Positions 1 through 11,757 of a stretch of 64,000 nucleotides of DNA are shown here, piece by piece. A model generated the notes under the pieces. That model was not told the origin of the DNA. It saw only the letters and a list, made by a program, of their open reading frames with translations, and made no database searches. Origin of the DNA: Geosiphon pyriformis uo1 (taxonomy: Eukaryota; Fungi; Glomeromycota). Position 1 is the first letter of the stretch. Each line of letters starts with the position of its first letter. The DNA lies in assembly GCA_016748015.1 (NCBI GenBank), contig JAAOMT010000571.1, forward strand, positions 871,095-935,094, given 5' to 3'. The translations under genes and the position numbers were made by a program.

Positions 1-393
1 AAAAAATTAGCTTTGACTATGGTGAAAATAGAATTGTTGCTAATATAGTTCATAATCAGACACCTAAAAGACCAGGTATTAAAACTAAAAAAGCATTGGA
101 CAAGCCGTTAGAGAAGATAGATTTCTCAGGTTATGATAATGATAATAATAATGTTTTCTTAGATGTCTTCTTAAAACTTTCCCCTTCCTTGAAGAACTTG
201 GTTACTGTTTTTGTTAGGAAATTTTTTGCTTTGGATATTGGCTTGGATAAAGTGGTTGGGAAATTTTCTCATAAGAAGCTAATGGTGATTAGAAAATTGT
301 TTTCAAAAGTCAATAGTTTTGGGGGGGCTTTTACCCCCTCAAAATTCTCAGGTATTATCTATGCTTCCTTCACTCCTGAATCTAGTTTGGCAC

Positions 394-1255
394 TATTACT
401 CATAAAAAAAAACAAATATAGAAAATAGCAGACCAATGAGAGAATAGTATTTAGCACGTGAGCACATTGCTCAGCAATGTGAAGCAATGTCAAAAATTAT
501 GGCACATTGCTTAGCAATGTAGAGGAATATTAGAAAACACAGCACATTGCTCAGCAATGTGAAATAATGTTAGAAAATTAGAGCACATCACTCAGCAATG
601 TGAGCATTGCTCAAGAAATCATAGTACATTACTCAGAAATGTGAGCGATCTCATAGAACATCAATTATGTATATATAATAGTAGCATTAGAAGTAGAAAA
701 AGCAGAATTTTTTAGTTAGAAATCTCCCATTCACAAATATTGAATAAATAAATTATTTATCATCCAAATCCACTCTTTACTATCAACACTATATGTTAAT
801 AGCAATTGATACTTAACCACATTGGAACAATAGCTCTTGATCATGGCTATTGATGGATACTAACTTGCATATTGTCTTGGCTCATTTCTTTATTCTTCTT
901 TTATTTGTTTGTCTTAATTGTTGTTATTACTAACTCTATTGAGGATTAACACATGGGGTACTAATGTTAGAATATAGCACTGGTAAAAGACCCAAAAATA
1001 AAAGTAAGACACTCAATTGAGGTTAGCTTACCAGGAAAAACACCAGCCATTATGCTGAAAAAGAAATTAATGAAACTGCAGTTTCGAGAAGCTATGGATA
1101 AAACTATTACCACTAAATCTCTGTCCATTATACAAAGAACTCAACCAAAACCTTCAGATAAACACACCTTCAGATTTTTATCATCAACAACAGCCTTGAG
1201 CACCAAGTTACGGGTTTGTTATTTACTCCAACCAACCAAATAATTACCTGTAACA
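394..1255 (+). repeat. Gypsy-A 5' LTR (862 bp)
   Basis: Direct repeat of 9736-10558; ends CCTGTAACA and is followed by TTTGGTGCTC. Confidence 0.95.
463..643. repeat. Tandem array of five ~40-bp units with 19-bp palindromic core CACATTGCT-C-AGCAATGTG in U3
   Basis: Cores start at 463, 503, 543, 584 and 625; the array recurs in the 3' LTR at ~9805-9985. Confidence 0.9.
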
Positions 1256-3400
1256 TTTGGTGCTCTTTGTAAGATATAATCTTACAGAAAACCAGCACCA
1301 AAAAATAAATCAACAGTGGCAGAATCAGAAAGTATAGGAGCAAACCATTTAGGATTCATGAAATCTTTATTTCAACATTACTGTTAACACTTGGGATTGA
1401 ATCACAATTAGATATCAGCAGAATCAGCCTTCAATTTCTATGTCAACAAAAGAATTGCCTATTTGTTAGGAACACTAATAAACACTGAATCAGCAAAAGA
1501 AACTTTTTACCACAAATTAATCCAAAACACCAGCTTACCAACAAATTATAACTTCACATCTATCATTACTAAGATTAATAAGAAAATTGAACATCACACA
1601 CAACAAAAATACCCAATCACTTATGCAAGTAAAGGCAAAAGAAAATTACAAACACTGGCAATAACACTTCAACGGATCCAACCATCTACTTGAAAGAAAC
1701 ACAGAATTGAATCACCTACAAATCCATCATATCATTATATTCCTGGAAGCACCATCAATATTGCATCAGCAGGCATATCTACATTAAACACAACATTAAT
1801 ATTTGAACAATTTCTATTCCAAAGTAAACAAAAAAAAAAAGATTTATTAGGACCATACAGCATATACTTTGAGGGATTCAAATTGAAATTACCAATGCCA
1901 TCAGAAGTTTGATCATCATCACCTCAACCAGATTTCGGAATTACTGATCCATAAGAACCAACCGAATTGGAAAAAAAACAAGAAGAAAAAGAGGAAGAAG
2001 AATCTAAAGATTAAGAATTTACTTACCAGAACCTGATTACTAAGAACCCAGATATTGGAACCCCAAATTTTCAGACTCAGCAAGATCAAAATTTAGAAAA
2101 TCCAGAAATCAAAACTTCACCAAATCAGAACGACTGAAATCTCGACTTAATTAATCAACAAAACTTACCTCCGAATATCATCATTAATCAGCCACCAATT
2201 GAACCAATTATCAAACTGATTCAACAGCAGCAAATACCTCTTCAACAGCCACCACTACAGCAACTTATCCAGTAACTGGTTCAGCAACTGCAACAACCAC
2301 TTCAACCACCAATGTAACAACAGCAACCAATCATGCCAATGGCTTTTGCATCAATTGCAAAACTTGAGAAGTTTACTGGCGAAGAGAATGATGCTCAGGC
2401 ATGGATCAATAATGTTACCAAAGCCATCATTGCAAATAACTGGGATGATGCAAGAACAATGCAAGTCATTCCATATTTCCTAAAGAATACTGCCAACTCA
2501 TGGTATCATAGCTTGGCCCAGAAACCCCAAAATTTTAATATATTTAAAACAGAATTTCTAAGATATTTTAGTGATAATAACAGCATCAACCACCTGGCAA
2601 GTACTTTTACCATCCTAAAACAAGAGAACACAGAAGCAGTCACCACCTACTTGGAACACTTTCACAGAAATCTGTGCCAAATCTAAACTATCCAAGCTGA
2701 TTACTTTACAGTGCCACAAATCTTAAATCAGTTCATTAGAGGCTTATGCAGCAGCATACTCCAACAAGTACGTCTGATGCATCCAGTAAACTTTCTTACT
2801 GCAGTCACTCATGCTAGAGATTTTGAAGCTGCTGAGTTAGAAGCCAACCATGCCCAAACTGTGAATTTAGTAATGAATGAATCATCTGACTTGGATTCTA
2901 AACTAAAACAATTCAGTGATTCCATTAATCAGAAATTAGAGGGATACTTAGCTGACAATCACCCAATTTATCAGCCTCCTCAATGATGTAATAATCAGAA
3001 AAACACAAATCGTTTCCAAAATCAATTGTGTCTATCATTATTAACAAATCACCCATGACAACAAGAAACATGAATTTGCCACAACTGTAGTAAACAAGAT
3101 CACCTTAGAGCCGATTGCCATGCTTATAGTAACTCACAATCGGGAAATCAATATTGGAATCCCAATCACTGGTTCTCAACTCTGAATTATTACTCAAATC
3201 AAAATCAATATCAATCTATTTACCTGCCAATGATGTTGCCGCCAATCTATCAAACACTGGTATATCAACCTCAATATATATCAACCACAGCCACCCATAA
3301 TATATCAACCACAGCCACAAATAGTCTATCAACCACAACAATTAATTTAAACACCACCACAAAACCCAGCTATGATAACATCTAGAAACCCCAAATTCAG
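1052..3400 (+). pseudogene. gag: Gypsy-A gag (N-terminal helical domain, capsid-like region, CCHC zinc knuckle ~3076-3117)
   Basis: ORFs 1052, 1463, 2333 and 2711 share one frame. KFTGEEND-W / FIRGL retrotransposon-gag pattern; CHNCSKQDHLRADC knuckle. Confidence 0.85.
1258..1275 (+). promoter_or_regulatory. Primer binding site TGGTGCTC (complementary to a tRNA 3' end ..GAGCACCA)
   Basis: TGG lies 2 nt after the LTR end; the same TTTGGTGCTCTT is found in family B. The tRNA identity cannot be determined here. Confidence 0.8.
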
Positions 3401-3717
3401 AGTAACCCAAAACTGGAGATCAGTGATGGTAGTTCACCAACCAATCTCCAGTTCAACAAATTAATCATCAAGATTATGCCAGCAGAGTTTAGAAACTGGG
3501 TATAACTAAAACCCAAGTTCCCAGAACTATTTAAGTCTTTTGATTACTCCAGAAGATGCAGCATCCAGCAAATAGGAAACCAACCAGAAGCCACTTATCT
3601 ACAACATTCTACCAGCTGCCAGCACCAAAGACAAATTACTTGCTGTCATATTCCCATTTAAACTTGAGAAAATCACATCAGTTCCATTATTCAGTAGAGC
3701 CACCAAACCAATAACCA

Positions 3718-4030
3718 TGATGTATATTGATGCCAAAGTTGATAGTCAGTATATTAAACTGATCTTGGATAGTGAATCAGCTGGCAGTATCATCACCAAA
3801 CAACTCATGGATCAATTAGGTTGCTGAGTTGACAGAACTGCCAATGCAAGGATTATTACAGCTGATGGAGCAACCAAAACTCTTATTGGTGAGATTGACG
3901 ACTTCCCATTTGAAGTTAATGACATCATAGTCCTTATCAAAGTTTTGGTAATAGAAGCCACTCAATACCAAGCACTAGTTGGTAATGACTGGCTCACTAA
4001 AACAAATGCCATATTGGATTGGACAACGCA
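3718..4030 (+). pseudogene. Gypsy-A aspartic protease
   Basis: IKLILDSESAGSII (decayed DSG) ... ALVGNDWL. Confidence 0.85.
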
Positions 4031-4466
4031 AGAGCTCTAACTCAGCCAAAATGGTCAACATACATGTATACCAGCCATATGCAGCCACTTCAAGACTATC
4101 AACACACCAGCACCACTCATTGAGTTTAAGGAAGAAGAGAAAAAACCTACCTGGAAAGCCTATCAAGTCTCATAAACTGACAATGATCACAATGAACTAC
4201 TGCCAATACTCTTCTGGGATGACAATGACAATGAAAAAGGAAAACAAAGAGAGGAACATACCTGGGAAACCACCATCAATGCTTGGATTGACAACAGCCA
4301 AAGTGAGTTGCTACCAACAATAAGCTGGAAAGAAAAAGGGAAAGAGAAGAAAAAAGAAGAAAACATATCTGGAGAAATCAAACTCACAGAAGACACAACC
4401 AAAAGATGAACAAGTTCATACTCTGTTTGCCAGCTACTATTACAGCTACCATTTATTCTACTTAAA

Positions 4467-5080
4467 TGCAAAAACTGTGAAAAGAAACTCTCTTTCATGG
4501 GAGCATGGATTGCACCAGATAAAAACCACTAGATGCAAACACATTATTACTACAAACTGTGCCATTGCAAATGCTATGATATCCAAAGTGCCAAGACAAG
4601 TAAGACAATGAACTATGTCTCGCTTGTAGTAAACAGCTACTCAATGAAGAGATGTGAAATGACATTTTTGGTCGAGGAGGAACATGTGACACTTCATGCC
4701 AGTACATAATTCTCATCAGTAACTAGGTGAGTCATGACATGCCCATAACAGCAGCTTGGCATAGAGCAATTAACTGATTGGATGGCTACTCACATGATGA
4801 GAACAAGATCTGGCAAATAGCAAATGCCAAAGTCCAAGGAGCCATGCCCAGTAAAATTCTGAAAGTTAAAAACAACCCACCTGAACAGGTTGACATCATT
4901 CTCATTCCAAATCCAGATGCTTTTCTTGACATAGAAACCAACTCAGAAAACTTCTATGAGCATTACCAAAACTTGGCACCCACCAGAAAAGAACAGGAAG
5001 AGTGTTTAGCACAGCTAAACACTCAATTATGTGACCACTGTTTAATTTTATGTGACTTTCAATATTGTAATGAGTGTGAC
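4467..5080 (+). pseudogene. Gypsy-A Cys-rich putative zinc-finger module between protease and dUTPase
   Basis: CKNC-x24-(C>Y)KLC; CLAC-x19-CDTSC; CDHCLILCDFQYCNEC. Spacing is conserved with family B. Confidence 0.65.
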
Positions 5081-5367
5081 CTCATTTACAACCCACCAAT
5101 CCATATGATCTACATGATCTCAGAAGAAGAAGAACCAATCAGCAGCTGCACATTAGAATCAGAATCAATTTTCAATCCTGACTCAAACTCTAACAATAAT
5201 GATGACAAAAATAATGGTTCCAGCTTTATTTAAAATAGCAATAACAATGACAATGATTCCAACTCAGATTCAAACTCCAATTCAAACTACGAACAATATA
5301 TCACACTTCCTGACCTTACCAAGGAGCAAGAACTAAAATAGTTCAGCAACAATAATAAAAGTATTAT

Positions 5368-5760
5368 GCCAAAACGTGTGCATAATACTGATGCAAGATT
5401 TGATCTGAGATATCCTGGAAAAGATGCCATCAAATTGAAACCACATTCATGCACTTGCATTGATCTGAAAATAGCACTGGAAATTCTAACAACCACAATG
5501 GTTTAACTAGCATTTAAGAGTAGTCTAGCAAAAAGAGAAATTAACATCAGAGGAGAAATAATTGATGCAGAATATGTGGGAAATATCATTGCTATGCTAC
5601 AAAATAATTGAGAAAAGACCTATGTAATAGAGCCAAACAAAAAAATAGTGCAGACAATATTCCTGCCTCTGGTCAAAATAGCTCAGTTAGTATTAGTAGG
5701 AAATAAGGAAGAATTAGGAATAACAGCAAGAGGGATACAGGAATTTGGATCAATGAGTAG
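5368..5760 (+). pseudogene. dut: Gypsy-A dUTPase domain (decayed)
   Basis: DARFDL, KSSLA, IIDAEYVG, KIVQ and RGIQEFGS match decayed motifs I-V of trimeric dUTPases. Confidence 0.85.
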
Positions 5761-6289
5761 AGTAGATATACTAGTTAACATGATGGAAGAAGAGATTATT
5801 GATAAGGAAGAAATTATCTCCACTAGTTGACCAATTTCTATTCTACCATATGACCAGTATATGGTAGTTATAGAAAGGAAAATGAAGGATCAGAACCAGA
5901 TTTTTGAAACAGAAACAGCACATTGTAAATTAGGAAAAATTGGATTCATCAATCTCTACATACCAGCCAGGAACTATAGCCACATCAAAATTCTTATTTA
6001 CAACAACACTGAAAAAGTTATAGAGATACCAAAAGAAACCATCATAGGACATTTAACTATTGAAATAGAGGACCAACCACCAAACCCCATTCCAGACTTT
6101 TTACAGCTTTGTGGATATGTTGACATCATATTACAAACAATATATGGATGAAATAAATGTTATTTGCTCCAACCAGAACAATTAGAACAAATGAACATGG
6201 AGAATCTAAACCCACTCCAATGCATACAGCTAAAGATGTTGCTCAACAAGTTTAATAACATCTTTACCAGTGAGAATGAATTTGGCAAA

Positions 6290-7580
6290 ACTGACATTAT
6301 CTAGCACCAGATCAAAACTGAAGATGCTATGCCAATAAAACAACGAGCATACAGAGTACCATCTGCCAGTCATAAGATCATTTGTCAAGAAATCAACCAA
6401 ATGCTCGACAATGGATTAATTCAGCCATCAATGAGCTTATGGTCATCACCAGTAGTACTCGTCTGGAAAAAAAATGGGAAAATCCACTTTTGCATAGACT
6501 ACAGAAAGCTTAATAGAGTCATGCATGGAGACAGCAATCCAACTTCACGGATTCAGAAATTATTTGATGCTTTTGATGGAAACAAATGGTTCTCAATATT
6601 AAATTTAAATAGTGGTTACTGGCAAGTAGCCATGGATTCAATAGACAAAGAAAAAACTACATTCACAACATAGGAGGGAAATTTTGAATTCGAAGTGATG
6701 CCATTTGGCTTAACAAATGCTTCAGCCACATTCCAGTGGCTAATGGAAATAGTATATACTGGCTTATTGTGAAAATCAGTAGTCGTTTATTTAAATGACA
6801 CCAATGTGTTCTCCAAAACATTTGATAATCATTTGCATCATCTACAACAAGTGTTTGAAAGGCTACAATGAACAGGACTAAAGTTAAATGCCAATAAGTT
6901 CTTCTTTGGCAAGACAGAATTAAACTTTTTAGAGCACATAGTAAGCAAAAACAGCATCAAAATGGATCCAAAAAAAATAGAAATAGTCAAGAACTTTCCA
7001 GTACCAACCAATGTGACAGAGTTAAAATTATTCTTGGGATTTGCAAGCTATTATCAATGCTTCATCAAAAACTTTTCCAAGATAGCCCAACCATTCAATC
7101 ATCTCCAAACCAAGAATGTAAAATATGAATGGACAGAAGCACAACAAGAAGCTTTTGATATTCTAAAAAGAAAGCTTATACAAGCTCCAGTACTAATCTA
7201 TCCAAATTACAACAAACTGTTTATTATTACCACTAATGTATTAAGCCAAGCATTGGGAGCAGTAGTATCACAGAGAAGACTGAATGGAAGAGAACATTTA
7301 GTCGCATATGCCAGCCGAGATTTAACTCCAGCTAAAAGAAATTATAGAACACCAGAATTAGAACATTTAGCAATTTATTGAGCAGTCATGAAATGGAGTG
7401 AATATTTGAGCCAGAAGTTTGATATATACATGGACCACAAAGGATTAACAGCACTTCATAAACAAGAATGTGGAGATGAAAGACAATTAAGATAGAAAAT
7501 GACACTATCACTATATACTTACACTATACATTATAAAAAAGGAAAAGACAATGAAAATGCCAATGGTTTGTCATGAATAA
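6290..7580 (+). pseudogene. pol: Gypsy-A reverse transcriptase and RNase H
   Basis: WSSPVVLV, FCIDYRKLN, SGYWQV, MPFGLTNA, YLND (YLDD mutated), FLGFASYY, VAYASR..ELEHLA. Several stops. Confidence 0.95.
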
Positions 7581-7799
7581 GACAAATCTAAAAACATCTC
7601 AACATAAAAATATAACAAAACCAGAGCAAATCCAACAAAAATATAACAAAAAATGAATATACAAAAATATCAACAACTACAATATTATATAAATACTCAA
7701 CTGTTCAAGAAGAAATTATCTCAAAATAAGTGAAATAATATCAAACAACAATCAAAACATTTTATCAATTATAAAAATATACTTTACCAGAAAAACAGA

Positions 7800-9025
7800 A
7801 AAAATCCAGATCAACCAATAAAAGTCATCACAGAACTAAAGAAAGAGACAATATTATTCAACATACATTCAGATCCAACAGCAGGACATTTTTATAAAGA
7901 AGCAACTATGAAAAAAACAAGAAAAAGATACTATTAGCCATCAATGTATCCAGATATTATTCAATATGTTCAGAATTGTGATGCTTGTCAGAGAAGAGGT
8001 GGAACAAAATCCAGTAAACCATTAAGACCAATCAAAGTGGGACAACCATTCGACCATATTGGAATTGACTTAGTCGGATCAGTAACAATCACCAGCAGAG
8101 GCAACAGATACATTGCAGTAGTCATGGACTATCTTACAAAATGGCCAGAAGCAAAAGTCATTCAAAGAGCAGATGCAAAATCCGTTGCCGAATTCATCCA
8201 TCAAGATTTAATTTGTCAACATGGATGTCCAAAAGAACTATTATCAGATCAGAAAACTCACTTTGTGAACAGAACATTAGCAGAATTAAGCCAGAGATTT
8301 GGAATAAAAAAACCATTATCATCACTATACCATCCACAAATAAATGGCTTAGTTGAAAGATTTAATAGAACACTGTATAAAGCAATTGCCAAAATCAGCC
8401 AAAAAAATCAAGACAAATGAGATTTGTTTATACCATCAGTATTATTTGCTTATTAGACAATAAAACAAGATACCACACAAGCAACACCATTTAAATTGGT
8501 ATATAATAAAACAGCAACATTACCAGTTGAGATAGAAATCAATACATATCCAGCTGAACCAATAACAGAAGATAATTTCCAAAAAACATTGTTAAAAAGA
8601 ACATATGACTTAATGGAAACACTAAAAAACAGATAACAGAAAGCAGCTGATAATATCTAAAAGACACAAAAAAAGCAAAAAGCATAACATGATAATCAAC
8701 TACCAGATAAATCAGTGAAATTCAAGATTGGAAACAAAGTACTATTACATTATACCAAAGCAGAAAAACAATGGAGTGGAAAATTCGACCCCAAATGGGA
8801 CAGACCATTTCACATAGAAGAAATTTTTGGAAATAGAACTTATAAATTAAGATGGGACAACAAAATTTTAACCAAAGCAGCACATAGTGATCGACTGAAA
8901 TCATATCACCAAATAACATCATCATCCAATAACATTCCACAATTAAGAGTACAATAAATACTAGTTCAACCAGATAAGATTTCACAAGATCTGGAACCAA
9001 TCATAATCATTGGACCAAAAACATA
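7800..9025 (+). pseudogene. Gypsy-A integrase (HHCC, rve core, GPY/F-like tail)
   Basis: H..GHF, CDACQ, GIDLVG, LLSDQ, YHPQINGLVERFN, PKWDRPF. Confidence 0.95.
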
Positions 9026-9086
9026 AAATCAAACAATAAAAGAGTATATAAAGATACAATATATGTGACAAAGACAACCAAGAAAA

Positions 9087-9722
9087 ATGGAAATACCAGA
9101 TCATATTCACATCATAGCTCAACAATTATTCTAGGCCCTAAGTCAACAACCTTTAGACATAGAAATTATTGTTAACAACCAAACAATTTACTATCAAAAC
9201 ACCAAAGAAAAGACAAAGAATGCACTATATCAGCAGTTACCAAAGAATGATAAAAACTGGTCAAATAACATAATAGAAAAAGTAAAGAACACTTTTGGGA
9301 AAATATCTATTATGGCACCAACAGAAGAACTTACAAAAGAGAATTGGAAGCAATGGACAGAACAACTTCCAATATCATACTATTACTACCAATTAGGACA
9401 AAAGTTGAATATTCAAGAGTTGTATATCAACAAATCCAAGAGGATATTTAACCAAAACATAATACAGCAAATTAAAGAATTTATTGGGAAAAAGATGAAC
9501 TCAACATTACATGTGAGAACAATTTACCAACTACACAACATATTTCAGAACTATCCAAAAATACTGTTACACTCTGACATAGAAACCATAACCATTAACC
9601 AATGGGGAAGAATAAACAATACACAAATAGAAGACATGAAGAACAGAGTCGAACAAACAATACTTGAAAAAGAAGTATTAGAATTAATTCAAAACAAAGA
9701 TTTCGATGGAGCTCAATATTAA
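9087..9722 (+). pseudogene. Gypsy-A ORF3, unknown ~211-aa protein in the env position (one internal TAG)
   Basis: ATG at 9087 is in frame with listed ORF 9312-9722; homologous to 53557-54264. Confidence 0.75.
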
Positions 9723-9735
9723 AAGGAGGAGATAA
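9720..9735 (+). promoter_or_regulatory. Polypurine tract of Gypsy-A
   Basis: AAAAGGAGGAGATAA abuts the TGTTAC start of the 3' LTR. Confidence 0.85.
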
Positions 9736-10558
9736 TGTTACTTATAAAAAGAAAACAGATATAGAAAATAGCAGACCAATGAAAGAATAGTATTTAGCAC
9801 GTGAGCATATTGCTCAGCAATATGGAGCAATGTCAGAAATTATGACACATTGCTCAGCAATATGGAGCAATATCAGAAAACATAACACATTGTTCAGCAA
9901 TATGGAGCAATGTTAGAAAATTAGAGCACATCACTTAGCAATGTGAGCATTGCTCAAGAAATCATAGCACATTGCTTGGAAATGTGAATGATCTCATAGA
10001 ACATCAATTATGTATATATAGTGGTAGCATTAGAAGTAGAAAAAACAGAATTCTTTAATTAGAAATCTCCCATTTACAAATATTGAATAAATAAATTATT
10101 TATCATCCAAATCCACTTTTCACTATCAACACTAGATGTTGATAGCAATTGATACTTAACCACACTGGAACAATAGCTCTTGATTATGGCTATTGACAGA
10201 TACTAACTTACATATTGCCTTGGCTCATTTCTTTATGTTATTTCTTTTATTTGTTTGTTTTAATTGTTGTTATTACTAACTCTATTGAAGATTAATGCAT
10301 GGGGTACTGACATCAAGATATAGCACTGGTAAAAGACCCAGAAATAAGGGTAAAACACTCGATTGAGGTTAGCTTACCAAAAAAAACACCAGTCATTACG
10401 CTGAAAAAGAAATTGACAAAACTGCGGTTTTGGGAAGCTACAGATAAAACTATTACCACTAAATCTCTGTCTATTATACAAAAAACTCAACCAAAACCTT
10501 CAGATAAACACACCTTCAGATTTCCATTATTGACAACAGCCTTGAGCCACCTGTAACA
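9736..10558 (+). repeat. Gypsy-A 3' LTR (823 bp, ~44-bp U5 deletion)
   Basis: Copy of 394-1255; followed by TSD GCAC. Confidence 0.95.
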
Positions 10559-10562
10559 GCAC

Positions 10563-11757
10563 AGACTACAGAAAAGCAAGAATGGCAAATATTTTAGTAA
10601 ACACTAATCTCAAAAAATCTGCTGGTCACTCAGATTGGACTGTAGTGGTAAAAAAAATTCCAGTTGGAACATCAGCTGAGGCTGTGTGTGCTGCACTTTC
10701 TGAATTTGGTTCTGTTGTGTTGATCAAGATACAATTGGTAGGGCTATAGCAAAAGACTGTGGTTGAATTTGTCCAATCAGATCAGACTAATTTGGTTGCA
10801 GATAGATGGTCTATCTTGATCAGAAAAAATACTGTAAGAGTGGCCAAGGCTAATGTAAACAAGAAATCATGGAATACAAGGGATTAGCATAGGGCTTTGC
10901 TCTATACACTGCCAATAGGCACCAATGCCCATGATATTTGGGACTTTATTGGCTCTGTGGGTGAGAAAACATGTGTCATTAATCAACACTCTGTTACATA
11001 TGTCTGGGCCAGGTGTGTTGTTGTTTGTTTTGACTCTGCCACTTCAATTAATGCTGTTATGGGAATTACATCTGTCTTAAAAGATGCCAATTTGTGTTAG
11101 TCTTATCTGAGTTCTGCTAAGTGTAATAAGTGTAAGAATTTGGATTATACATCGCTGGATTTTTTTGTAGGTGGAAATGTTTCTCCTGGTGGCCCAACTC
11201 GCAAGTTATTGTCAGATGATAATAAAAGCAGACTGGCTTCCATTTATACTAGACATTCTGCTTCAATCTCTTGTCCTGTTTCTTTTGGTGGTGTTTTATG
11301 GGCCAATATTGTTGGCAGGTTTTCATTTCTTCCTCTCCCTGTATGCAATAGCTTAGCTGCTTCTAGTTCCTCTTCAGAGATAAAACCTACTCCGGTGGTG
11401 TCTATGGAATTGAATGATAGGTTTGCTACTCTTGAGCATAGTCTTGCCAGCCTTGCAGAATGTATTGACAAGTTGGCTAAGAAGTTGGACTCACTTGGGC
11501 CAACAGTTTCTCAGTCTAGCTCTGGATGTTAGTCATTGGTGACTCTTTTATCACAGAATCAAGGAGTGGATATAGTGATGAGTGAGGGTTCAGGTGTGGC
11601 CACTAGTGGTGAGACTATTGCGGGAGTGGTGGTTTTTGATTCTTTAGTTATCTCTAAAATGGAAGAAACTCTGAACAATCTTTCAATCATAGTTATGGAT
11701 CTCTCGGCCAAAATGGACAATGTTGGTTTGGTTTCTGCTGTTCTTCATTCTCAATAA
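10563..11757 (+). pseudogene. LINE-1 ORF1, 3' part (RRM-like region, decayed zinc knuckle, coiled coil)
   Basis: ALSEFG..IKIQLVG, CNKCKNL, RFATLEHSLASLAECIDKLAKKLDS; ends HSQ*. Confidence 0.8.

Larger units (their letters stand above)
394..10558 (+). mobile_element. Full-length degenerate Ty3/Gypsy LTR retrotransposon, family A (dUTPase + ORF3)
   Basis: Paired LTRs 394-1255 and 9736-10558 (TGTTAC..GTAACA, first TG mutated to TA), 4-bp TSD GCAC (390-393 and 10559-10562), PBS, PPT, domain order PR-RT-RH-IN. Confidence 0.95.

Noticed and set aside
463-643. CRISPR-like array (palindromic repeats with ~21-bp spacers)
   Set aside because: Spacers are homologous to each other, the array is duplicated in both LTRs, there are no cas genes, and the context is eukaryotic TE.
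858-943. Intron in LTR-A suggested by two TACTAAC branch-point motifs (858, 928)
   Set aside because: No convincing GT donor or YAG acceptor conserved in both LTRs; insufficient support.
3255-3345. YQPQ-type repeats in gag and Asn/Ser/Asp repeats at 5170-5290
   Set aside because: Ordinary low-complexity linker expansions.
8715-9025. Chromodomain at the integrase C-terminus
   Set aside because: Only a GPY/F-like region and a short LEPIIII tail are present; no chromodomain pattern is recognisable.
9087-9722. ORF3 as an envelope gene
   Set aside because: No signal peptide, cleavage site or transmembrane segment is visible in either homolog, and it is short for env.
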